Shown in pieces: positions 10,301 to 17,159 of a stretch of DNA of 64,000 bases. This stretch comes from a virus. Made by a program: the position numbers and the translations under genes. The notes under the pieces were generated by a model. It was not told the origin of the DNA and did not search any database. It saw nothing but the letters and a program-made list of their open reading frames with translations. The stretch is from the IMG/VR virus record IMGVR_UViG_3300045988_165047. One strand, written 5' to 3'. Each line of letters starts with the position of its first letter. Position 1 is the first letter of the stretch.

Positions 10301-13300
10301 GTAGAAGAAACTCATCATCATATTCTTCACACGCTGGTCACAGCAAGCGAACATATCCGTGAACACATAGTAGTCACAGAGGTAGTCTATATCAAAGTAG
10401 TCACCAAGCTCTCTCTTAAACTTAGTTTTTCTCTGAGTAATTGCACTTGCAGAAAGCCCACTAGCGAGAGTGTCCGTAGAGTGTACCCACTTGACAAGAG
10501 GCTCAAGATACTTAGGTTTCAGCGTCCCATCAGCATACTTAGCGTTTATCCCCTTGTCATCGGGGAAGCGTGCTTCAAACACCTTCATCCAATTAGGAGT
10601 ACCATCAGATGCCTTAGCGTCAAAGTCAGAGTCCTTAAAGCTACCCATTGGGTAGTCGTTATTAAGGAACTCCCAACATTCAGTAGGGTTCTTACCGCCA
10701 AACTTAGTCGTTACCCAAGTAGCATCGTGGTATCCAGGAATACCTAAGAACCCGAAGACATCCTCGGTGCTCTTGTCGTTGTTAAAGTTGAACTTCCCTA
10801 GGAACTTAGGAGTCTCATCTACTGAACCACGATAGAAGAGCAAGCAAGGCTCTCCGTCCACGGTGGTACGCACATCCTTATCGTAGCGTTTTCTATCTAC
10901 GTGCTTCTGAGGAGGAGTAAGTTCCCCTGCCTTAATGAGAGTGTTGTGGACAAGGCGAGCCATCCCCGTATTATGGGAGCTGGAGCTTTCAGCAAAGTCC
11001 GCTTTAAGACAGAAGCAATTTACGTCTGCACCAGCAGGCATACCATCCTTAGCAATTCGGAACGTCCACTTACCACTTTCTCTGAGAGTACCACCTGCAC
11101 CATTCTCATCACAACCTACAAACAACTGCCCCAACTTTTTCTCCTTAGAGCTATCGTAGGTGTAGATGCGGTAGTTCTTAGTGGGGTAAGCAAGAGACGA
11201 AGTTCCTTGAAGAGCTATACTCCCACCAATAAGACGGAAGTTCTGTTCGGGGACACCACCCTTCACAAAGGTGAAAATCTCAGATACGTCAAACTTCGTC
11301 TTCTTGTTATTATTCACTGCCGCATAAAGAGCGGTAGGCATCCCACTTGAGTGAGTGCCTGTAATGATTACAACACGAAGTCCAGCAGGAGCACTTTCAA
11401 CGCTAATGTCCCCTTCGGAGTTAAGGACATCATTCTGCTTGTACTCTGCGATAAGGTCGTCCACCTTGGGCTGACCAAGAATGTACAAGGAGAGTACCTG
11501 GTCATCAGTTAGGAACGTATTGTACGCTCTAATAGAATTAACATCTATCGTAGCCTTCGTTGAACCTATCTTAATAGGCATAGGAGTGGCTTGATAGACA
11601 CTATCAGTAGGACCTCTCTGCACCCCTGCGCACATTACCCCATTGATATAGAGGTAAACCATTTCAGAGTTATTCTTCTCGTACTCTGAAGACTCTGACT
11701 TACTTTGTGGGAACGACACAAACGTAACCTCGTAGGGAACGTCTGAAGCCATCTTCATAGCGAGTTTGCTATTACCGCTCGTGATTAGCCTAGCTTCACT
11801 AGGAGTGATTTCAAACCCCGTTCCTCTAGAGTCTACGCAAGACACAACTACTGCATCGTGGTCTACTACCTCACTACACTTGTATCTGATAGAGAACGCA
11901 AACGCATTAGTTGTTGGGAGTACCTGCTGAAGAGGCTTGTAGTTTACTACTGATATAGCGTCCCCCTTGTGACGGAGTGCTCCGTTAATCCAACCATCAC
12001 CACCAAAGTTGAAGCCTCTAAAGTCAGTAGTTACTCCGTTGTACGTCCAAGAGTCTCTCTTAACATCAGAGTTGCTTCTACCTTGTGCGGATAAGTGTAG
12101 CTTCAAACCATCGGTGGGTTCCGTAAGGTTAAGGTCCGTCTTACCTACCTGTAAGGTATAGGTGTACGTGGTATCGCCACAAGCAATTTTGCAGGAGCGT
12201 TCCCCTTCCCTATTACTACGTAACTGAAGCTCATTGTCCACGAAGGAAACCTTAGCAGAAGCAACTACCTCGTCACCCTCATATACCGCAACAGCCGTTG
12301 GAGTCTCAAGAGGGTTGTACACAGCATAGCTTAACGTATAGGTGTCAAACTGCTTAGTGACCAATTCAGGTCTCTGTCCAGCGGTGTAAACTCTCCCGTC
12401 CGCATAGTCAAAACGGGTACAAACAATAGGTCTGTTAATACCCTTAGTGACTACGGCTACATCAAAGTAGATGCTGTTTGACTTAATAGTCCCACCGCCT
12501 AGAACTTCAAGCTCCGCAACTAATTGTACAGAGTTAGAGCCGTGAGACATTCTGCTTGTGTCAATCGTAAACGCCCCGTTAGCCGAGGATGCGGTAATAG
12601 TTCTGTCTTCGGTGGGTGCGCCATTGACGTAGCAACGAAGAACCTTACTACCACTACCCGACAAAGCATAGGGAATGGACAAGGACTGACCTCTCTCCGT
12701 GAGAGTGGAGATAGAGTATGAGCTGGTAAGTTTCAGCTGAATTACATTCACCGTCCACGAAGCCGAAGCAACCTGTCTATCACTACCCGAGCCAACCTCT
12801 AAGCGCACTCGGATATTATTAGCACCGACACCCACAAACTTAGTAGCGTCAATCTTCTGTGTGCTCCCAGCAGGTACGTTTGATTCAAAAGAGTACGAAG
12901 TAGCCCCTCTAGTAATAGTTACGACAGCCTTAGCAGGGTTACCCGTAGTGTCCTTGGTCTCCGTATTGATTTGGTCATAGGAGTAGACAAGTGCAACCTC
13001 ATCCCCAGCCTTTACATTAAGGTTGGGAGTTACACGAGTAAGGACAATCTTGGTTGCACTTTGAGAACCTCCACCGCCACCTGTGATGGGACCTTCGGTA
13101 GAGATTTCTTCCCCAAGCATATTGTTCACTACAATTCGGTAGACCTTATCAGCGCCTTCCCCTTCTTCCTCAACCTTGATACCACCAACGGCTTCCTTCT
13201 TGAGCTGTTGGATAGCGGAATGAACCGCCCCACTCTGAACCGCATTGGTAGAGTTAGGAGTTACACTATTCTCCACAGCAACCTCGGGGATAGAGATAGT

Positions 13301-14905
13301 AACCTCACCGCTAGCGTTTGGAAGTTTCTTCTCAGCAGGTCTAGTACCTACATTAAAGCTGATAGAGCGCACAGCACCCTTAGCACCATACTTTTCCCAA
13401 GAGCTTTCTACGAAGAAGCTAGTAAGAGAAGTACCTGCGAAGCGATAATCTTCCCATACACCACTCTTAGTTTCAAAGGTTATGATTGCGCCCTTCTTTC
13501 TGTCATCGGGGTACTCGGCATCCTGCATAGCTTGGAGAGCTGTCGCTAAGGTGTAGAAACCGCTACCAAGAGGAATTTCCGTGGTGACGTTATAGAAACC
13601 GCTACCACTACCATCCCCCGAACCACCCTTAGACGCACCAAGGAGGTCAAGATGGGACCCGTTAAAAGCATAGAACTCTTGCCCTACTTGATAGAGTACT
13701 CCCTTTTTAGGTGAAGCAACAGAAGTAGAACCTGTCTCCATCGTGACGACCTCAGAGACTTTACCGCCTGCGTTCTTTCGGAGATACACACCATCAGACG
13801 AAGGAGGAACACCTGCCTCAAGCACCGACTTACACCCTATGATAGGAGCGGTCTTACTCTTGAGTGCCTCCATAGAGGTTAGTCTCTCATCAAGAGCGGT
13901 AAGAAGTTCCTTCGTGTTTTTGCCCACAAGGGTGAACACCCCAACAGAGTTAAACACATAGAGGTCCTCACCCATCCCATAGATAGCTTCTCTATTGGGG
14001 CGGTTGTTGTCCATATAGAAGAGGGCAGTGTCCCACTTAGCGTAGTAGTTACTATCCTTTTTAGCCGCAAATGCGTCAAGGTCTTTTAGGTAAACTACTA
14101 AGTGCCCCGAGGGAGCTTCACTCTGTAAGATATTGGGGTACCCTCCCTCTAGAGCGGAGAAGGTATTAAACACTCTCTTGGAGGTAGTAGCAAGAAGCGA
14201 AGAGGTCTTTCCAAGAGTTTTAGTCGTCTCTTCGTGTCCCTTAGTTACGTCCTCTAAGCCCTTCTTAACCTTCTTAATCTCCTCACCCTGCCCAGACTTT
14301 AAGGTATCTACTGCCTGTGTTACTTGGTCAGTCAGTTCTCTAAGAGCTGTCGTAACAGCCGCCTGAGACATTACCGAGGACGTAGATGTTCCCTTCGTCT
14401 GAGAGATTGTAATGTTAGAAGCCGCAACGGGAATTTCCTTATGTGACCAATAAGTAGCCCCAGCTTCTCGGTACATAATGATGAGAGCCGAAGCATCCGT
14501 AATGGTTATAGGCCTACCATCAACCCCGATGAAGTTCTTATAGGTCCCAGCACCTGCCGCAAGAAGAGTTACAGATTTATTGCTGGGGAAATTTGGTTCG
14601 TAATTAACGTCCGTAGCAAACCCCGATACACCACCTGATACAGAGTTCACGTAGCGTACCATATTAGCGACCTCTCGGTCAATCTTATCCATCAGAGCGA
14701 TATTGTTATCTCTCTGAGTATCTCTAACCTGTTGTGCGAGAGTAGTGGCGTTATCCACATTGGTGGAACTCTCAGTAAGAGCTTCCCACAATTTCAACAG
14801 CCCCTTGTCCCCCTTAATAATGGCGAAGAGCATTTCATTGATTTTCGTCCTCGCCTCTAATCCAGAGTCTCCCTGCTGTATTCTCTTTATATCTTGTATA
14901 TCCAT
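7304..14905 (-). CDS. giant multidomain protein (fibre-like N-terminus, Ig-like repeats, LamG-like, CotH-like and LRR blocks); probably virion/host-interaction
   Basis: Uninterrupted ORF of more than 2,500 codons. The track start (14944) is a TTG inside a terminator hairpin, so the first ATG at 14903-14905 ('MDIQDIKRIQQG') is preferred. Recognisable blocks: 'NAVQSGAVHSAIQQLK' (fibre-like); a LamG/ConA-like region at about 11480-12110; a CotH-like region at about 9900-11050 ('KNMMMSFFYEPKRDKVLAYMIFYDNDTILG'); and leucine-rich repeats at about 9100-9600 ('LPMLRKLALNGYENLPSLSLTGCSRLEEVDARGCNSLSSI'). Confidence 0.85.
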   Translation of the reverse strand: MDIQDIKRIQQGDSGLEARTKINEMLFAIIKGDKGLLKLWEALTESSTNVDNATTLAQQVRDTQRDNNIALMDKIDREVANMVRYVNSVSGGVSGFATDVNYEPNFPSNKSVTLLAAGAGTYKNFIGVDGRPITITDASALIIMYREAGATYWSHKEIPVAASNITISQTKGTSTSSVMSQAAVTTALRELTDQVTQAVDTLKSGQGEEIKKVKKGLEDVTKGHEETTKTLGKTSSLLATTSKRVFNTFSALEGGYPNILQSEAPSGHLVVYLKDLDAFAAKKDSNYYAKWDTALFYMDNNRPNREAIYGMGEDLYVFNSVGVFTLVGKNTKELLTALDERLTSMEALKSKTAPIIGCKSVLEAGVPPSSDGVYLRKNAGGKVSEVVTMETGSTSVASPKKGVLYQVGQEFYAFNGSHLDLLGASKGGSGDGSGSGFYNVTTEIPLGSGFYTLATALQAMQDAEYPDDRKKGAIITFETKSGVWEDYRFAGTSLTSFFVESSWEKYGAKGAVRSISFNVGTRPAEKKLPNASGEVTISIPEVAVENSVTPNSTNAVQSGAVHSAIQQLKKEAVGGIKVEEEGEGADKVYRIVVNNMLGEEISTEGPITGGGGGSQSATKIVLTRVTPNLNVKAGDEVALVYSYDQINTETKDTTGNPAKAVVTITRGATSYSFESNVPAGSTQKIDATKFVGVGANNIRVRLEVGSGSDRQVASASWTVNVIQLKLTSSYSISTLTERGQSLSIPYALSGSGSKVLRCYVNGAPTEDRTITASSANGAFTIDTSRMSHGSNSVQLVAELEVLGGGTIKSNSIYFDVAVVTKGINRPIVCTRFDYADGRVYTAGQRPELVTKQFDTYTLSYAVYNPLETPTAVAVYEGDEVVASAKVSFVDNELQLRSNREGERSCKIACGDTTYTYTLQVGKTDLNLTEPTDGLKLHLSAQGRSNSDVKRDSWTYNGVTTDFRGFNFGGDGWINGALRHKGDAISVVNYKPLQQVLPTTNAFAFSIRYKCSEVVDHDAVVVSCVDSRGTGFEITPSEARLITSGNSKLAMKMASDVPYEVTFVSFPQSKSESSEYEKNNSEMVYLYINGVMCAGVQRGPTDSVYQATPMPIKIGSTKATIDVNSIRAYNTFLTDDQVLSLYILGQPKVDDLIAEYKQNDVLNSEGDISVESAPAGLRVVIITGTHSSGMPTALYAAVNNNKKTKFDVSEIFTFVKGGVPEQNFRLIGGSIALQGTSSLAYPTKNYRIYTYDSSKEKKLGQLFVGCDENGAGGTLRESGKWTFRIAKDGMPAGADVNCFCLKADFAESSSSHNTGMARLVHNTLIKAGELTPPQKHVDRKRYDKDVRTTVDGEPCLLFYRGSVDETPKFLGKFNFNNDKSTEDVFGFLGIPGYHDATWVTTKFGGKNPTECWEFLNNDYPMGSFKDSDFDAKASDGTPNWMKVFEARFPDDKGINAKYADGTLKPKYLEPLVKWVHSTDTLASGLSASAITQRKTKFKRELGDYFDIDYLCDYYVFTDMFACCDQRVKNMMMSFFYEPKRDKVLAYMIFYDNDTILGVRNDGRLRYHWDINEETIDTELSVGGKTVYAFAGHDSVLWKNLREQFPDEIKKAYLRIRAKLSNADILRMFNDEQSERFCERVFNVDSLRKYIDPKTKGVSVIRDGRVTTQTYSYLESMQGNRKSHREWFIYNRMALFDAWAATGQYTATDIAWKGNSEAGATIRAVTGRDFYLEFKREGTSMVHKKVQKGEEFVYRYTQVANIGTIFHLYGGQWITKLDLSDWGGFTNLDIPNMPVLEELIMGKEGKSYGLTEFAIRDNLPMLRKLALNGYENLPSLSLTGCSRLEEVDARGCNSLSSILFGESSAVKVVKLPNNYQTLSLVSLPNITRAGIVFGDVSRLVGLRVENCPKLSGTDLLKEILSGNNSLKYVRINIGSITGDGSELEAWYAKGLGGINADGTENVSKCKLLGNYQLTKYLDEAVFEKYRERFDELNIRQPQYTVVELDDAVATPAKLSNLDNKTGYKFGNAYKPSAHIAAILNARFPCLAKQERKSKGVMSICRLRKDTFLKYDDNEIQSNCTDAAVDLSQGDLMIYEPEYWYKGVNDVKSMKKYFCYAYGVKPDAPDATKFTLEELRSSGNELVNQKVVAGSTTKNSIVQDTSRVAYRVKVRGGKKVRVPTSGNAEGVIIVREDGGVVESYSPSTNSSYFEEGMYVVLDIPDGAEWCYFSIPNQAPRATSPDIYAVVSNTSNIVDVETDWVRHKAKLVGAFKLCSVNGKIGSGVLKDFIQSNRHVTGRNRESFETLMTSRGMEIISYEEYKNIVNLKYVRDGSITSWDHGSLTSESNWAHFMGRCLESGMSDNVRKNGTSGDWGFWKVSGISREWVGQQALKTMGYEYFDSGWWGALTGSSVSMNGDAPIFKARRENGETTLWRFVRNHETNILRVRHEKYMDIIGLTPYQFSGGSNSTFYTTGSKIWSVGDTDSPIYIGHRHHDKGLIWFEILESSNTEQAVRPMFTGEIREVKSVQEFINITDFL

Positions 14906-14920
14906 ATTCTCAAAACAAAT

Positions 14921-14954
14921 AAAGGGCAACCTACATTTCTGCAAGTTACCCTTT
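14921..14954 (-). terminator. rho-independent-type hairpin after the 73-aa gene
   Basis: On the minus strand, AAAGGGTAAC-(14 nt)-GTTGCCCTTT forms a 10-bp stem (one G:U) followed by ATTTGTTTTG. It sits between the stop at 14972 and the ATG at 14905. Confidence 0.55.
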
Positions 14955-14971
14955 CTTTGACATATTCAGAT

Positions 14972-15193
14972 TTAGTTCAGTGCCGTCCAGTCAGCTACGG
15001 CCTTATCAGCTGCAGTGCGAACGTAGAACTTCTTACCCGTGGTGTCAGTGTACTGAGAGCCGATAGGGAACTTTTTGATATCCTGTACAAGCTCATCGGT
15101 TGCATCACTGATTGCGCCTTCACCCGTGACTACGGAGTAGTGGCGAACCTTGTCCGCAGAGTTAAGCACTCGGAGGTTTTTTACCTTTGCCAT
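14972..15193 (-). CDS. hypothetical small protein (autonomous, apparently strongly expressed cistron)
   Basis: 73-aa ORF with its own TATCTTTG box, a conserved leader hairpin and a downstream terminator. No motif recognised. Confidence 0.65.
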   Translation of the reverse strand: MAKVKNLRVLNSADKVRHYSVVTGEGAISDATDELVQDIKKFPIGSQYTDTTGKKFYVRTAADKAVADWTALN

Positions 15194-15211
15194 TGTTTAT
15201 ACGTTTATATT

Positions 15212-15247
15212 GTTTGTTTCAATTCACGCTCCTACGAGAGGAGCGAC
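15212..15247 (-). promoter_or_regulatory. conserved 5' leader element, copy A
   Basis: Plus strand: GTTTGTTTCAATTCACGC + TCCTACGAGAGGAGCGAC. The first 18 nt are identical to 41135-41152. The second half forms a 7-bp hairpin (CGCTCCT/AGGAGCG). Confidence 0.5.
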
Positions 15248-15263
15248 AAAAGGTTGTCCGTAG

Positions 15264-15271
15264 CAAAGATA
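15264..15271 (-). promoter_or_regulatory. Bacteroidota-type -7 promoter box TATCTTTG
   Basis: The minus strand reads TATCTTTG (consensus TAnnTTTG), 71 nt upstream of the ATG at 15193 and just after the queE stop. Confidence 0.5.
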
Positions 15272-15280
15272 CGACTTATT

Positions 15281-16006
15281 TTATAATTCCCGTGGGACAA
15301 CTAGTTTAGTAGCTTCCTCCTTGTACTTATCATACATAACCGCCATCTTATGCGTCTGCATGTTTAAGTACGCCTTAATCCCGAGGGAAGAGAGAACCTC
15401 ATCAGTGTGCATATATTGCATAAGAGCTTGGTAGGTAATTGCGGACCCCCAAAATACCCCAACGGCAAGATTAGTCTTGCTGTATTTAAGGTAGCTTTCT
15501 GCAAACTCCTTAAGGCTAGTTAAGTCGTCTTCGTCATCTACCACAACTTTCACGAAGTCGTCCTCATTAAGCAGGTGGTAGTTGTTGTATTTCATTCGTA
15601 GGTTCTCCCCCGTGCTGGGAAGTTTGTAGTCTACGATGAATGATACATTACGGAAGTGTCTGTAAGGGAGAATATCCACACAACCACTAGTCTCAATGGC
15701 TACGTGATACCCCTTAAGAGTAGCGATTCTAAGGAACTCGGAAACATCTTGGAGTAGCGGTTCCCCTCCTGTAAGACAGATAAGGTTATACCCATAAGAG
15801 TCTACTGACTCTAGAATATCCCACTCATCCATTGGGTGTCCGCTTTTACCTTCAAGTGCTTCGGGTGTATCACACAGAATACCCTTAGTTTTTAGGTAGC
15901 ACCGAAGAGGGCACTTACTAAGTCTAACGAACACACAAGGCGCTCCAATCCCGAACTTGTTTACCTCGCCCATAAAGGCTGGGTAGATAGTTTGTACGTT
16001 TAGCAT
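15281..16006 (-). CDS. queE: 7-carboxy-7-deazaguanine synthase (QueE-like radical SAM enzyme)
   Basis: 241 aa. 'FVRLSKCPLRCYLKTKGILCDTPE' aligns with QueE 'F(I/V)R..GC...C..CDT'. The 'LTGGEPLLQ' SAM motif is present, and the C-terminal 'LNMQTHKMAV' matches E. coli QueE 'MQTHKYLNIA'. Confidence 0.85.
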   Translation of the reverse strand: MLNVQTIYPAFMGEVNKFGIGAPCVFVRLSKCPLRCYLKTKGILCDTPEALEGKSGHPMDEWDILESVDSYGYNLICLTGGEPLLQDVSEFLRIATLKGYHVAIETSGCVDILPYRHFRNVSFIVDYKLPSTGENLRMKYNNYHLLNEDDFVKVVVDDEDDLTSLKEFAESYLKYSKTNLAVGVFWGSAITYQALMQYMHTDEVLSSLGIKAYLNMQTHKMAVMYDKYKEEATKLVVPREL

Positions 16007-16434
16007 ACGGCTCTATATTGTTCTCTTGTTAAGTACTTCTTGAAGTTAAGAACTCTACTCTTATACACTCCCAAGAAGCACTTAACAGCTGTAATAGTAG
16101 AGTTATTATCCCCCTTCTTTAAGAGGGAGATTAGGTTCTGTTGTCTTCCGTCTATGTCGGTGGTGTCTAGGTATGCAACGATTTTACTACGTAGTCGCCC
16201 GAGGGAGAAGGCTCCCCTAATGGCTGGGTAGAAAACCTGCTTTCTGTAATAAGACATAACCTCAGCGAGTACAACAACTGCGTCCTTCTCTGATAAGCTA
16301 CGTGCTCTAGTACAGATTGTGTCAATGGCTTCTCTTTCTGTCTGGAGAGTTTCATTAGCGGAACCCTCAATGACGTATTTTCCTGACTTGAACTCAACAC
16401 AAGTTCCAACCAAATGTTTGGCTAAGTTATTCAT
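16000..16434 (-). CDS. hypothetical protein embedded in the deazaguanine island
   Basis: 144-aa ORF that overlaps the queE start by 7 nt and the upstream stop by 4 nt (ATGA). No confident motif. Confidence 0.6.
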   Translation of the reverse strand: MNNLAKHLVGTCVEFKSGKYVIEGSANETLQTEREAIDTICTRARSLSEKDAVVVLAEVMSYYRKQVFYPAIRGAFSLGRLRSKIVAYLDTTDIDGRQQNLISLLKKGDNNSTITAVKCFLGVYKSRVLNFKKYLTREQYRAVC

Positions 16435-17159
16435 CGTTTCTCTTTTATTGGTTCTTTCACCTCTTCAAAGTCAGCGATTTCTGCTGAGCCTTCAAGAGAC
16501 TTACTTCGTTCTGGTAATTCTGTTACCGATGGTTGGGGTAAGGAAGAAGGTCCTCCTCCGAAGAGTTTCGCTAAGATGCCTCCACCTCCCGAACTTGCAG
16601 AACCTTCTGCCTCTACACTAATACTAAGACGCTCTCTTGAGAGATTAGCCTTAGCCGCTGTTAGTCCGTTTAGGCGGTCCATTTCACTTGAGAGGTTAGC
16701 ATCTGGAACACCACCATCTAGTTTTTCGTGTAGTGACGCACGCTGAACTCTTGTGTACTGCATCTTGATGAGGTAGTCCATCATATCCTGCGGAGAGGTC
16801 GGATAACCTTCCTCCCAATCAATAGAGCAAGCACTACCTTCTTCGTAGAATGGACACTTATCTGCCACATAACAGCTGTCGCAAGACATCCCTCCAGATA
16901 TACTCTCAAGAGAAACCTTATCTCGTTTTTTCGGCAGGGGAGCCGCTTCAAAGGAGGGTTCCCATACGTCCATAGGTTTCTTAAGGATGGCAGAAAGGTA
17001 ATCCATCTTACACTCCTCAAAGTCATCCTCTTGTCGTAAGCAAGTTAAACACCTGGGGGCTGACCCTTTCTCATAAAAGGGGCAGAGGTGTTTGGACAAC
17101 TTCTCTGGAGTGTCCGCTTCAGTAATGCTTCTAATCCTTTTTAGGATGCTTTCTTTCAT
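16431..17159 (-). CDS. Cys-rich protein with a duplicated CPFYE(K/E)GSA..C motif
   Basis: 242 aa with two four-Cys clusters: C26-x10-C37-x2-C40-x9-C50 and C93-x2-C96-x5-C102-x8-C111. It also has a Gly/Ser-rich linker and an acidic tail. Confidence 0.6.
   Translation of the reverse strand: MKESILKRIRSITEADTPEKLSKHLCPFYEKGSAPRCLTCLRQEDDFEECKMDYLSAILKKPMDVWEPSFEAAPLPKKRDKVSLESISGGMSCDSCYVADKCPFYEEGSACSIDWEEGYPTSPQDMMDYLIKMQYTRVQRASLHEKLDGGVPDANLSSEMDRLNGLTAAKANLSRERLSISVEAEGSASSGGGGILAKLFGGGPSSLPQPSVTELPERSKSLEGSAEIADFEEVKEPIKEKR

Noticed and set aside
7304-14944. The giant ORF as an N4/crAss-type virion RNA polymerase, or as a polymorphic toxin.
   Set aside because: I saw no polymerase-like DxDGD/palm motifs or toxin-tip signatures. 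The recognisable blocks are adhesin/fibre-type (LamG-like, LRR, CotH-like, Ig-like repeats).
16000-16434. I asked whether the 144-aa ORF is the missing QueD, or a QueF, because 'EFKSGKYV' loosely resembles the QueF motif E(S/L)K(S/A)hK(L/Y)(Y/F/W).
   Set aside because: It has only one His and no CxxxHGH-type zinc site, so it is not QueD-like. The QueF-like octamer sits at residue 14 without the upstream catalytic Cys context or the downstream 'HE' block, so the match is most likely chance.
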